From Chamaesiphon sp. (GTDB lineage: Bacteria; Cyanobacteriota; Cyanobacteriia; Cyanobacteriales; Chamaesiphonaceae), in the NCBI GenBank assembly GCA_965246715.1, contig CBDFFH010000015.1, positions 320,001-384,000 on the forward strand: DNA of 64,000 bases. Reading direction: 5' to 3'. Below, in pieces: positions 10,187 to 21,477 of the stretch (position 1 is its first letter; the number at the start of each line of letters is the position of its first letter). Made by a program: the position numbers and the translations under genes. The notes beneath the pieces were generated by a model. It was not told the origin of the DNA, ran no database searches, and saw only the letters and a list, made by a program, of their open reading frames with translations.

Positions 10187-13100
10187 ATGATGACAAACCG
10201 AAAAAATAGCCGCAGACGTGGTGCGATTTTAACTGCTGTGGGTTATCAAAAACTGCAAGCAGCCAGAAGCGAATCAGAACAAGTCAATAATTTTGGAGAT
10301 CGGTATACAAATGAAGAACTCGCGAAACTGATAGGACTTTCGCTCAAGACGATTGCCAAACTATTTGGCCGTACAGCTAATTTGGGAACACAGCACCAAG
10401 TTGCGGTAGACAAACAAACGCTAGAGCTGTGTTTTGCGGCTTTTAATTTAGGGTTGGAGCGCACTGACTATCTGTATCCAGGAAATTTCGAGATAGCAGA
10501 TCGGGTAGAACCCAGTCAAATTATTGAGTCAGCGGCGATGACGATCGAGCCTCAAGTGCGATCTGTCGATGCAGATTTAGCTGTGGATTATGGTGAAGCG
10601 CCAGATGTATCGATATTTTTTGGGCGAGTAGCTGAATTAACCAAATTAAGCCGCTGGGTAACAGCAGATCGCTGTAAGCTTGTCGTCATTTTGGGTATGG
10701 GGGGCATCGGCAAAACTGCTTTAGTCACCAAACTGGCACGACAACTGCAGCCACAATTTACCATCACAGTGTGGCGATCGCTCCGGAATGCGCCATTGCT
10801 GACAACTTTGTTGCCCGAATTAATTCAGATCTTCTCGCAGCATACCGAAACTGTCGATCCCAATTTAGAAATCTCCGCACAGATTTCGCGATTACTTTAC
10901 TATTTTGCTGGCGAGCGCTGTTTGTTGGCTTTGGATAATGCCGAGGCAATTATCCAAAGCCAAGGTGAAACTGACGACGAAAGCCCCGAATATTCCGGCT
11001 ATGTAGAATTGCTACGCCGCATTGGTGGTTCGCCCCATCAAAGTTGTCTGTTGCTAACCAGCAGGGAAAAGCCAGCCGTAATCGTACCATTGGAAGGAAA
11101 GCGTTTAGCAGTGCGGACATTCGTGCTGCCAGGACTTACCACCGCAGATAGTGAGAACTTATTCAATGCTAAGGGTGTATCGATGTCGATCGCTGGTCGA
11201 TCGCGATTGGTAGAAATCTATAGTGGCAATCCGATGGCGCTGAATATTGTTGCGACCTCGATCTGCGATTTGTTTGCTGGCGACATCGATGAATTTTTGG
11301 CGACAGAAGTTACGATCTTTAGCGAGATCGAGCAATTGCTCGATCGGCAATTCGACAGGCTTTCCCCCACAGAAAGTGTCGTGATGTATTGGTTGACGAT
11401 CGAGCGAGCGGCCGTCTCGCCAACTAATCTACATCCGCAAATCGTGCCTACGACTACTAGAGCGCGCCTGCTGGCAGCATTAGATTCCTTGAGTAGACAC
11501 TCGCTCATCGAACGTAGCGATGGCAAATTTACCCAGCAATCGGTGGTGATGGAATATATGACTGCTCGCTTTATCGATCGCGTGTGTCGGGAGCTTGTCG
11601 CATGGGATCTCGCGGCTGAGCGCCCCCAGCAATTACCCTTATGGCTGAGCTATCCCTGGCTCAGAGCACAGTCGCCAGAATATATCCACGCGATCCAAAC
11701 CCGACTGATCCTCAAGCCGATCGCCTGTCAATTACAATTGCAGTCTGGGAATAAAGCAGCATTAGCAGAGCGGATTAAAGTGATTCTCGCCAGCTTACAA
11801 GTACATTATCGGGATGTCGTACATTATGGTGGCGGAAATATCATCAATCTGCTCCAGTACTTGCAAATCGATCTAACGGGGTACAACTTTGCCAACTTAC
11901 CGATGTGGCAAGCCAATCTCCAAGGTGCTGTGTTGCACGATGTGAATTTTAGCGGTGCCGACCTCTCTCGATCTCATTTCACTCAAAACTTTGGCGGAAT
12001 TTTTGCCTTAGCGGTAAGTCCAGACAATCGCTTTGTCGTCATGGGCGAGTATAGCGGTAATTTATATCTTTGGCAGATCCAGAGCAAGCAACTCCAGCAC
12101 AAGCTGGTGGGACATACCAATTGGATTTGGTCGGTAGCCTTCAGCCGGGACGGTCGGACGCTCGCCAGTGCTAGCCAAGATGGCACAGTCCGACTTTGGG
12201 ATCCGACCACTGGCGAGATCGATCGGGTGCTCCAAGTTGATAGCTATCAAGTGTTGTCGTTAGCCTTTAGTCCGGTGGCTATCAACCTGCTGACCGGTAA
12301 CGAATCAGTCTTGGCTACAGCACATGGGAATGGCCAGATTCGACTGTGGAATGTCGCGACTGGCGAAACGATCCGGACGATTACTGCCCATCCCAGACAA
12401 GTATTCTCGGTCAGGTTTAGTCCCGATGGCAAACTGCTAGCATCGGGTAGCGACGATCGGACGGTGAAAATTTGGGATGCTAGCACTGGCGACTGTTTGC
12501 AGACCATTAGCATCCATACCAAGCGCGTGTGGTCGGTGAGATTCAGTCCCGATGGTAAGTTACTCGCCACCTGTAGCGGCGATGGGACGATTAAAATTTG
12601 GAATGTCGAGACCTGGACTGTACTGCACACGCTCACTGGCTATCGCGATTGGATTTTTGCGGTTTGTTTTAGTCCCGATAGTCACATGTTGGCGACGGCT
12701 AGTAGCGGCCATGTCGTGAAAGTTTGGGATCTGCGTACCAATCAAAAAATCTGCACTTTACGCGGACATACTACTTGGGTCTCGACACTCCAATTTAGTC
12801 CTGATGGCAACTTATTAGTCACTGGCAGCGGCGATCGCTCGGTGCGATTGTGGGATACTCACACTTGGCAAGAATTACACTGCTGGCAGGGTTATACCAA
12901 TTGGCTCGAGTCGGTGGTATTCGATCCGACGGGGACTCAGGTTGTCAGTGGCTCTCAAGATGGGATCGCGAGGGTGTGGGATGTCCAAACTGGCAAAATG
13001 CGTCAGACATTGACCGGACATCAGCAAGGTTTGTGGTCGGTTGATTATAGTCCCGATGGTAGATCGATAGCCACAGGGAGCGCCGATAGTACGGTCAAAT

Positions 13101-13894
13101 TATGGGATGCTCGATCGGGCGAACTAGTGCATACTTTCTCGGTCGAGCAGGGCGATGTGTGGCGGGTCAAATTTAGTCCCGACGGTCGGTTGCTAGCTGG
13201 GATCGGAATGGACAACACTGTCGTGTATTTATGGTCGCTAACGGGAGAATTGGTGACCACCTTGGTCGGACATACAAATGTCGTGCGAGCGATCGCGTTT
13301 AGTCCCGATCTTCAGCTATTGGCAACGGGTAGTTTTGATTCCTACTGGCGATTGTGGGATGTGGCAACCAGTCAGCTGCTGGGCTGTTATGCGGGACATA
13401 CTAATTGGATTTGGGATATCGCCTTCAGTCCAGATGGCAAGCTGCTAGCGAGTTGTAGTGCCGATCGCACTGTCCGGCTTTGGGATGTGGCGACAGGTAA
13501 CTGCTTACACATCTTTGAGGGGCATACTCAAGAGGTTGTCGCGGTGAAATTTAGTCCGAACGGGCGAGAGTTGGCAACCAGTAGCGGCGATCGCACGATT
13601 AAAATCTGGAAAATCGAGACAGGAAAAGTACTCCAGACCTTGAGCGAGCATCTCGATCGGGTTTTGTCGATCGGTTATAGTCCAGATGGTAAGTTATTAG
13701 TTAGTGGCAGTGCAGATGAAACTATTAAATTCTGGGATGTTGCTACAGGTAATTGTATCCTGACTTGCAAGCCGCCAGCACCATATCTGGGGATGAATAT
13801 TACGGGTGTAACTGGCTTGACGACTGCGGCGATTGAGTCGCTAAAAACTTTAGGCGCAGTTGTCGATGCGGAAGATCGATCGAGTCCATCCTAA
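10187..13894 (+). CDS. STAND protein: N-terminal HTH, NB-ARC/NACHT NTPase, pentapeptide linker, about 14 WD40 repeats
   Basis: YTNEELAKLIGLSLKTI (HTH); FFGR..EL, GMGGIGKT Walker A, LLALDNAE Walker B, LLLTSRE; repeated GH...V..V.FSPDG..LAS.S.D.T.K.WD; alternative start GTG 10112. Confidence 0.93.
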   Translation: MMTNRKNSRRRGAILTAVGYQKLQAARSESEQVNNFGDRYTNEELAKLIGLSLKTIAKLFGRTANLGTQHQVAVDKQTLELCFAAFNLGLERTDYLYPGNFEIADRVEPSQIIESAAMTIEPQVRSVDADLAVDYGEAPDVSIFFGRVAELTKLSRWVTADRCKLVVILGMGGIGKTALVTKLARQLQPQFTITVWRSLRNAPLLTTLLPELIQIFSQHTETVDPNLEISAQISRLLYYFAGERCLLALDNAEAIIQSQGETDDESPEYSGYVELLRRIGGSPHQSCLLLTSREKPAVIVPLEGKRLAVRTFVLPGLTTADSENLFNAKGVSMSIAGRSRLVEIYSGNPMALNIVATSICDLFAGDIDEFLATEVTIFSEIEQLLDRQFDRLSPTESVVMYWLTIERAAVSPTNLHPQIVPTTTRARLLAALDSLSRHSLIERSDGKFTQQSVVMEYMTARFIDRVCRELVAWDLAAERPQQLPLWLSYPWLRAQSPEYIHAIQTRLILKPIACQLQLQSGNKAALAERIKVILASLQVHYRDVVHYGGGNIINLLQYLQIDLTGYNFANLPMWQANLQGAVLHDVNFSGADLSRSHFTQNFGGIFALAVSPDNRFVVMGEYSGNLYLWQIQSKQLQHKLVGHTNWIWSVAFSRDGRTLASASQDGTVRLWDPTTGEIDRVLQVDSYQVLSLAFSPVAINLLTGNESVLATAHGNGQIRLWNVATGETIRTITAHPRQVFSVRFSPDGKLLASGSDDRTVKIWDASTGDCLQTISIHTKRVWSVRFSPDGKLLATCSGDGTIKIWNVETWTVLHTLTGYRDWIFAVCFSPDSHMLATASSGHVVKVWDLRTNQKICTLRGHTTWVSTLQFSPDGNLLVTGSGDRSVRLWDTHTWQELHCWQGYTNWLESVVFDPTGTQVVSGSQDGIARVWDVQTGKMRQTLTGHQQGLWSVDYSPDGRSIATGSADSTVKLWDARSGELVHTFSVEQGDVWRVKFSPDGRLLAGIGMDNTVVYLWSLTGELVTTLVGHTNVVRAIAFSPDLQLLATGSFDSYWRLWDVATSQLLGCYAGHTNWIWDIAFSPDGKLLASCSADRTVRLWDVATGNCLHIFEGHTQEVVAVKFSPNGRELATSSGDRTIKIWKIETGKVLQTLSEHLDRVLSIGYSPDGKLLVSGSADETIKFWDVATGNCILTCKPPAPYLGMNITGVTGLTTAAIESLKTLGAVVDAEDRSSPS

Positions 13895-14088
13895 AGTGAT
13901 ACCAATTTAAAAAAACGATCCAGACAGATAGATGCTCGAATCCAGAGACAGCAAGGTTTCCCCAATCCAAAATCCAAAATGGTATGAATATTGCCAGATT
14001 TTGGCCGATGACGAGGAGAGTGCTTACGAAAAATCGATACGTTAGTGATTACGACAATAACGTATCGATCGACAAACACAGCTAAAAA

Positions 14089-15454
14089 TTAAGCAGCCTT
14101 ACTCAAGATCTTGGCAACAACAGTCATCGTTGCCTCATACAGCAAATCCCGTCCCCAGCGTTGGAGATACTCAGCCATCAAATCCTCAGCATTTCGCTCT
14201 GATAGCGAGTTTACCTGATCCACCCGTGCCGATTGAGTGCCACCGCGTGTCTCCATCTGCATACAACCAGCCACCTCCGAACAGAGGACTGTGCTACAGT
14301 TGGCTTTGGGATTGGTGGAGAGGAGCCTGATCCCCATGATATCGCCAGGAATCTCACCCGCATCTGCAGTCGGCATTCCAGCTAATTCGGTGTGAATTTT
14401 CCGGCCATCAGGAGCGACGAAATCAACTTCGCGGAGGTCGTAGTCGCCACCTGAATGAGTATAGCTGACGACTTCCCATTGAAGACGACTGGAGAGCCAA
14501 CCGAGGAACATGATTGCTTGAGCGGGATTACCTTTCTCATAATTGACATCTACTCGATCGATCTCGGTGATATCTTTGCGTCTAGCTGGGGGATCGAACG
14601 CTTCTGCCGTCAATTCTTGCCAAGCTGATACTCGCCGCCAATTGAGATCGATGACGGGAATTCCGCGATCGAGAATACCCGTGTAAATGTAATAACTCAT
14701 CTTCCGCAGCTTTAAATTCGGCTGAGTCGAAAATGACCGAATGTGCTCGATGGGATAACTGTTGGAATAATTGGGTATCAGGTGCAGGGGTGTCTTTCCA
14801 CCACAAGAATCTGGGTAAGTCGGCAACAGCTAGATTCGCAATACTCTCACCATTACGTTCTAGGGCTTCTGGAGTGCCCCGTAGGGTGATATATTCGCTA
14901 CAAACTAATGTATGCAGCAATTGCTTTTTCATCGGGCCATATACCGACACTTGCGCCCCGACGCCAAGATCTTCGCCTGCTACGGGACAGATTGTAATAA
15001 TGCGACGAGGATTGGTATTAGCGATCGCATCTGTGACTACATAGCCACGATGATCGACATCTTTTTCGACAGCGATCGATTGGGTATCGTGGGTGGCGAC
15101 GATGCGATCGTGATAAGCCGCCTGAATCTTACTCATCGTATCGAGATCGAGTTTGCCAGTCACTGGTAATTTATAAGCTTCTTGGGCTGCTTTAATTGCT
15201 TTAGCCTGAGCTGGCCCAAAAATCCCATCGATCGGACCGTCGTAGAAGCCCAATAAGGCTAACATATGCTGAGTGGGTTCTGGCTCGTAGACGAGCAAAG
15301 TAAAGGTAGTGGCTTGAGTCGCCACGATCGCATCTTCTTTTTGATTCTCTGGTTGATAGTCCTTCCAGATCTGATTTAGTTCGTTTTCGATCTCTGTCAC
15401 CGATACATCTTTGGGCGCACGCAGTGAGACAATAGGCGGCGATTGGATACTCAT
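14089..15454 (-). pseudogene. opcA: OpcA (G6PDH assembly/activator protein), split by a +1 frameshift near 14678-14680 (real or assembly error)
   Basis: 5' ORF: PKDVSVTEIE..L..IW, PG-binding insert, PRRIITICP, LPRFLWWK; 3' ORF: DLNWRRVSAWQELTAEAFDPP, FLGWLSSRLQW; removing one G gives a 454-aa protein. Confidence 0.88.
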
Positions 15455-15458
15455 AATT

Positions 15459-15538
15459 TAGGGGATAGGGTATAGGGAAGGGATTGGGGATTGGGGATTG
15501 GGGGGTGTTTTTCGATCCGCAATCCCTAATCCAAAATC
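15459..15538. repeat. STRR-type heptamer repeats (GGGGATT / GGGATAG)
   Basis: ggggatagggtatagggaagggattggggattggggattgggggg; similar tracts near 17080-17140, 34275-34320 and 44965-45000. Confidence 0.7.
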
Positions 15539-15539
15539 T

Positions 15540-17070
15540 TTAGAATCTGTGCCAAGATCTACCATCATCATTGATTAAGTCTTCCGCTTCTAGTGGGCCT
15601 CCAGTGCCAGCCTCATACAACGGGATCGAATCTGGGTTGGTATCTGCCTCCCATGCCGATAACGCTGGTGTAACGATCCGCCAGGCTTCCTCGACTTCGT
15701 CCGATCGCGTAAACAACGTCTGATCGCCTAGCATACAGTCGATTAAGAGTCGATCGTATGCATCGGAAGACTTTACTCCAAAGGCCGATTGGTAACTAAA
15801 ATCCATATCTACCGTGCGGGTACGGAGATCGGCACCAGGCATCTTGGCATCAAATTGGAGGGAGACACCTTCATTGGGATAAACCTGGATCGTGAGAATA
15901 TTTGGGTTGGCTTGACGGGTACCAGAGGGGAAGATCAACCACGGTACTTCTTTAAATTGCACGGCGATTTCTGAAACCTTTTTCGGTAAGCGTTTGCCAG
16001 TCCGCAAGTAGAACGGTACGCCTTTCCATCGCCAGTTATCGACCATAAATTTCATGGCGACGAAACTATTCGTGACTGAACCAGGGGCGACTCCAGGTTC
16101 TTCGCGATAACCTGGAATCGGTTCGCCTTTCATCCAGCCTGCTTTGTATTGACCGCGAATTGCCGATCGATTGAGATCGTTGAGATCTGCTAGCCGAGTT
16201 GCTTCTAATACTTTAACTTTCTCTGTCCGAATCGAGTCGGCATCGAGCGAATTTGGCGGCTCCATCGCTGTCAGGCAGAATACTTGCATCAGGTGGTTTT
16301 GAATCATATCCCGCAGTGCGCCAGCGGACTCATAATAACCTGCCCGGTCTTCGACTCCCACAGTTTCCGCAACGGTAATCTGAACGTGATCGACATAATT
16401 GCGATTCCAGAGGGGTTCGAAGATCGCATTGGCAAATCGCAATACCAACAGATTTTGGACGGTTTCTTTGCCCAGATAGTGGTCGATCCGGTAAACTTGT
16501 TGCTCCTGACAATGCTGTCTCACCACCCGATTTAAGACTCTCGCAGAACTCAAATCTCGCCCGAAGGGTTTCTCGATCATCAAGCGATCTTTTTGCGGAT
16601 CGCTTAACATCCCCGCCCCACCTAATTGCTTGATGGCTTCGGGGAAGAAATTGGGCGCGACGGAGAGATAGAAAACGCGATTGCCCATCGTCCGCCGCTC
16701 GGTATCGACTTCGCTGAGGAAGGATTTGAGTTTTTGATAGCTTTCGGGTTTGTCGATGTCACCGGAACAGTAATATAGTCCCTTGGCAAATTCGTTCCAA
16801 GCGGTTTCGTCTTGGATCCCATTACCAAATTCTTCGATCCCCTGTTTGGAGTGGTCTCGGAAGTATTCATTAGTCCACTCGCGCCGTGCGACACCCACGA
16901 TCGTGATTTCGGGAGGTAATCGGCGATCGAGTCGCATTTGATAGAGGGCCAGGGATCAGTTTGCGATGGGTGAGATCTCCCGATGCGCCGAAGATGGTGA
17001 GAATCTGAGGTTCGGGGACGCGTTCTTGGCGTAAGCCTTGGCGGAAGGGGTTTTCGAGGAGATCGAGCAT
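15540..17070 (-). pseudogene. zwf: Glucose-6-phosphate dehydrogenase, split by a +1 frameshift near 16949-16950 (real or assembly error)
   Basis: [15 protein letters not shown] in ORF 16870-17070; [33 protein letters not shown] in ORF 15540-16937; removing one G restores ...LIPALYQM... and 509 aa. Confidence 0.92.
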
Positions 17071-17221
17071 TTATGATACAGGAGATAGGGGATAGGGAAT
17101 AGAGGTTAGGGATAGGGTACAGGGAATAGGGTTAGGGTTTGACGCGCAAAGCTCGTTATCGAGCCAATGCATTACTCATCCCACCTAATTTCTCAATCCC
17201 GATCCCCGATCCCCTAATCGA

Positions 17222-18376
17222 TTAAGCTGGAGTCAATGCCTTGATTTTCTCATCGAGAGATTTCGTTAAGGAGTCAAACGGTTTGACAAATTTGTCGATC
17301 CCGTCGAGTAATAATTCCACCATTACCGACTCTAAATCGATCTTAATATCAGGATCTTTGAGACTGGCGATGAGGCGATAAGCTTCATCCACTCCAGCTT
17401 CGATGCGGCTAGCCGGATCGCAATGATCGGCACAGGCTTCGATCGTGGCTGGTGGTAATGTATTGACGGTATCGTTGCCGACTAAGCCATCGACATACAT
17501 TACATCGCTGTAGCTGGGGTCTTTGGTACCAGTACTCGCCCAGAGTAGCCGTTGAACGCGTGCGCCTTTAGCTGCTAGTGCTTGCCAGCGATCGGTAGCC
17601 ACGATCTTCTTGTATTCTTGATAAGCAACTTTAGCGTTGGCGATCGCGATTTTTCCTTTGAGGGCGGCGATTTTTTCGGCTTTAGTCTGGTCGGTGAGAT
17701 TTTTGAGTAGGTTGTCTAGTTTAGCATCGATATTAGTATCGATCCGGCTGAGGAAAAAGCTTGCCACGGACGAAATATTGCTAATATCTTCACCTTTGGC
17801 AGCGCGAACTTCTAATCCTTCAATATATGCCCAAGCACAAGCAACATAACTTTCGACTGAGAATAGCAAGGTGACATTAACGCTAATCCCATCACTGATT
17901 ACCTGTTTGACTGCTGGCAAACCTTTGAGCGTACCAGGAATCTTGATCATCACATTCGGTCGATCGATCTCTCCATAATAACGCCGCGCTTCCGTAATCG
18001 TACTCTCGGTATTATCGGCCAGTGCGGGCGGGACTTCGATACTGACATAACCATCGATCCCCTTCGTCTCATCGTAGACGGGGCGTAAGATGTCGCAAGC
18101 ATGGCGAATATCTGTAAAGATCAATGATTCGTAAATCTCGACAAGCGATTTACCTGCTTTCACGCCCTCGACGATTTGGGCATCGTATACAGCATTCCCC
18201 GCGATTGCTTTCTCAAAAATCGCCGGATTAGACGTGATCCCCAATACGCCGCGAGTTTTCATCAGTTCGGCGAGTTCGCCAGAGTTGATAATATCTCGGC
18301 TTAAGTTATCCATCCAGATACTTTGACCGTATTCATTCTCGATCGTCAATAAGGGATTTTGGACTGATGCTGCCAT
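17222..18376 (-). CDS. tal: Transaldolase (cyanobacterial/plant type)
   Basis: GQSIWMDNLSR, GITSNPAIF, VMIKIPGT, NVTLLFS, SFFLSRID, RLLWASTGTK. Confidence 0.96.
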   Translation of the reverse strand: MAASVQNPLLTIENEYGQSIWMDNLSRDIINSGELAELMKTRGVLGITSNPAIFEKAIAGNAVYDAQIVEGVKAGKSLVEIYESLIFTDIRHACDILRPVYDETKGIDGYVSIEVPPALADNTESTITEARRYYGEIDRPNVMIKIPGTLKGLPAVKQVISDGISVNVTLLFSVESYVACAWAYIEGLEVRAAKGEDISNISSVASFFLSRIDTNIDAKLDNLLKNLTDQTKAEKIAALKGKIAIANAKVAYQEYKKIVATDRWQALAAKGARVQRLLWASTGTKDPSYSDVMYVDGLVGNDTVNTLPPATIEACADHCDPASRIEAGVDEAYRLIASLKDPDIKIDLESVMVELLLDGIDKFVKPFDSLTKSLDEKIKALTPA

Positions 18377-18642
18377 GATTTTATTTACTCCAATAGGTAT
18401 AGACTATCGATCGTTTTCAAAGGTGAAACTGTAGCGAATAGATCTCGTTAACCAACGAATATCCCATCCTCCGCAAACCCTCCTTGCGCCTCTTTACTAG
18501 ATTCACTTTTTCGTTGGGAAACCCGACAAGCGCGAACCACCGTGTTACAACAAATGCCACACATCATGACTAAAATTCTCGATCGTCACTTTATCAGGTT
18601 GGCACATTCTAGCCGATCGAGTTTCAAGCTGCTGTTGTGGAT

Positions 18643-19686
18643 TTAGCCATCGCCGCTCACATAAGATTCAACTAAAGCTACATCGTCTTTACTCCCAATT
18701 ATCAACGGCGTGCGGGCGTGAATCTTCTGAGGAACCACAGCTAAGATATCTTGAGTACCCGTACTCGCCCGTCCGCCAGCTTGTTCGATTAAGAATGCTA
18801 GGGGTGCAGATTCATACAACAGCCGCAGTTTTCCTTCGGGTTGTTTGGTAGTGCCGGGATAGAGAAATACACCACCCTGATAGAGAATCCGGTGGATATC
18901 TCCCACCAATGCCCCCGCATAACGCGCCGTATATCCAGGCTGAGCGTGAACATACTTAATATAATTGCGATAACCTTCCGACCATTGCCAGAAATTACCT
19001 TCATTTACACTATAAACCGATCCCCGATCGGGGATCCGAATCTGTTCGTCTGTCAGGATAAATTCACCCAAACTGGGGTCGAGCGTGAAGGAGTGTACGC
19101 CCGTCCCGATCGAGTAAACTAACATCGTACTCGCACCATACAGGATATACCCAGTCGCAATTTGCTTGCTGCCATCCTGAAGTAAATCCTGCGCCGTACC
19201 ATCGGTATCTTCGCCTTCCTGTTGGCGAATGGCAAAGATCGAGCCGACGCTGAGGTTCACATCGATATTCGAGGAACCATCGATCGGATCGAATACTAGT
19301 GTATACCGCCCGATCGAGCAATTTTCGGGGATGTAATAAGGTTTGTCCATCTCCTCTGACACCAGCCGACAGATTAAACCGCTCTGCTTGAAGACAGCGA
19401 TAAATACGTCATTGGCATAGAGATCCATCTTCTTGACAGATTCGCCTTGGACGTTGACATCGCCGGTAAATCCCAGCACTCCCGCCATCAATCCCGCCTG
19501 ACTCAACCGTCTGGCGATGAGTTTACCGGCGAGGGCGATCCGATTCATAATCGCACTCAAGTCTTGAGCCTCTGGCTCAAAGCTCTGCAATTGTTCGAGG
19601 ACGTGACGCGAGAGGGTAGTACAGTCGTGGTCTAAGTTGGGTTTAGTAGAGGGTAATGCTTCGTTATTTAATTGGGCGAGGTTCAT
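18643..19686 (-). CDS. fbp: Fructose-1,6-bisphosphatase class I
   Basis: [28 protein letters not shown]; first gene of the fbp-tal-zwf-opcA operon. Confidence 0.96.
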   Translation of the reverse strand: MNLAQLNNEALPSTKPNLDHDCTTLSRHVLEQLQSFEPEAQDLSAIMNRIALAGKLIARRLSQAGLMAGVLGFTGDVNVQGESVKKMDLYANDVFIAVFKQSGLICRLVSEEMDKPYYIPENCSIGRYTLVFDPIDGSSNIDVNLSVGSIFAIRQQEGEDTDGTAQDLLQDGSKQIATGYILYGASTMLVYSIGTGVHSFTLDPSLGEFILTDEQIRIPDRGSVYSVNEGNFWQWSEGYRNYIKYVHAQPGYTARYAGALVGDIHRILYQGGVFLYPGTTKQPEGKLRLLYESAPLAFLIEQAGGRASTGTQDILAVVPQKIHARTPLIIGSKDDVALVESYVSGDG

Positions 19687-19871
19687 GATGCGGTTTGTCC
19701 CTCTAGATCTATCCCTATCTTAATCGGCAATGCTTAAGGAGCGGTGAAACCTTTACACTAACTCAATAAATTAGAATTTTTGTGAAGATATTTATCGAGA
19801 GCTGATGTAGATTCCAGGCAATACTCAGTTGAAGCATGTAGTGGCAATACCTCAGCCTACATTTATTGAGT

Positions 19872-21368
19872 CTAAGATACCAATGGATTGGAAATCTGGT
19901 GCGGGAGGATATCGGTAAATAAGTCGGTAAAGTGGCGAATTTTGTTTTCGACTTCTGCCCATTCTTCTTCAGCTTGAGAACCGCTGACGATGCCTGCACC
20001 TGCAAATAAGAATAGTCGATCGCCATCGACTAAACCCGAGCGAATGGCAACGGCAAATTCTGTATCGGGATAACTCACCCAACCCACGGGAGCCGCATAC
20101 CAGCCACGCTCGAAGGGTTCGAGTTTTTGGATCAGTTTTAGAGCTTGAGTCCTGGGGAAGCCGCCAACGGCGGGGGTAGGATGGAGCTGGGGCAAGATTT
20201 GGGCGTCATCGATCTCGGGTTTTAAGACACCCTGACATTGAGTGTACAAATGTTGGACTTTATTGAGCTTGAGAATTGTCAACTGGGGAGCGATCGTCAC
20301 TCGATCGCACAGTTCGGTTAAGATTCCATGTAAGTTATCGACGACTAACTGATGCTCGCGCAGATCTTTAGCTGAATTCCGCAGATTATCGCTCAACTCC
20401 CGATCGAGTTGGCGCGATGCACCCCGATGGCGAGTTCCGGCGATGGCTTCAGTTGATAATACGCGATCGTGGCGATGATACAGTCGCTCTGGGGAAGTCC
20501 CGATAAATGCCGTAGTCGGATCGATTTGGAAGCAAAAATGATAACTGTGCGGATTGTGTGGTTGCAGCGCGAGTAATAGCGACTGTGGCTGTAAATAATC
20601 GGCAAATGTCAATATCGATTGGCGCGCTAAGACGATTTTGTCGATATTCAGTTCGGCAAATGTTGTTAAGGCAAAATCGATGTTTTGGTGCCACTCGTCG
20701 TAATTTGGGAGATCGAACCGATCGAGTAATAATGGTAAAACTGGTTCGGGTCGTTTGTTACCTAACGTTAAATCGAGTCGAGCTAATTCTTGTAAAATCA
20801 GTTCTAATTGTTGCGATCGTCGTTCATGGCGATCGAATGGTGAGTCGGCCACCGATTTAGCTCTAAAATTGCAGGCAAAATAAGTATCGTTGCCATCCGA
20901 GTAAATTTCAAATTTGGGAACGATAAATCGATAATTACCAAATAATTTCCAAGTCGGATCGCTCGTTCGCTCTCGATCGAACTCGATGCCGCCATAGTAA
21001 CGAACTTGCGGAAATAATGGCGATAAATTTTGTCTTAATTGCTGAAAAATAGTTGAATAGCTAATCGGTCGATCGTCACTAATCAGATCTACTAGTCCCA
21101 CTCCCGCCATCGTAAACTGCCCCGACCGATCCGACCAATATGTCTTGACATCTACTGATTGTCTGTCCAACCAACTCAATGGCGACAAGACTGAAACCTG
21201 CACCTCAATGCGCAAAATTTTACCCTCTATTTCTAGAGGGAGATCGAGATAATCGTACTTAAAGAAGTGACGAATCTGGGTGGCTATCTTCAGATACAGA
21301 TCGTGCTGTGGAAGTCGGCGATCTTCTGGTTGCAGCCCACTTAGAGAGTGGCTGGCAGTATCGGACAT
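19872..21368 (-). CDS. menF: Isochorismate synthase
   Basis: KIVLAR, FIGTSPERL, EAIAGT, KDLREH, LHPTPAVGG, FAVAIRS, AGAGIV. Confidence 0.9.
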   Translation of the reverse strand: MSDTASHSLSGLQPEDRRLPQHDLYLKIATQIRHFFKYDYLDLPLEIEGKILRIEVQVSVLSPLSWLDRQSVDVKTYWSDRSGQFTMAGVGLVDLISDDRPISYSTIFQQLRQNLSPLFPQVRYYGGIEFDRERTSDPTWKLFGNYRFIVPKFEIYSDGNDTYFACNFRAKSVADSPFDRHERRSQQLELILQELARLDLTLGNKRPEPVLPLLLDRFDLPNYDEWHQNIDFALTTFAELNIDKIVLARQSILTFADYLQPQSLLLALQPHNPHSYHFCFQIDPTTAFIGTSPERLYHRHDRVLSTEAIAGTRHRGASRQLDRELSDNLRNSAKDLREHQLVVDNLHGILTELCDRVTIAPQLTILKLNKVQHLYTQCQGVLKPEIDDAQILPQLHPTPAVGGFPRTQALKLIQKLEPFERGWYAAPVGWVSYPDTEFAVAIRSGLVDGDRLFLFAGAGIVSGSQAEEEWAEVENKIRHFTDLFTDILPHQISNPLVS

Positions 21369-21477
21369 GACGATCGTAAATTGTGGATTGGACGATGTTG
21401 CACTTTATTCGGCAGCAACCGCCACGAGTTAAGCAACTCGTTTGTGCGCCTGATGAGCGACAAGGAAAAATAATTGT

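Noticed and set aside
11980..13760. Recurring TTTAGTCCCGATGG-like DNA repeats as a possible CRISPR or diversity array
   Set aside because: They encode the FSPDG motif of WD40 repeats within a continuous ORF
14089..14826. ORF track entries 14089-14826, 14582-15454, 15540-16937 and 16870-17070 as four genes
   Set aside because: They are halves of frameshifted opcA and zwf
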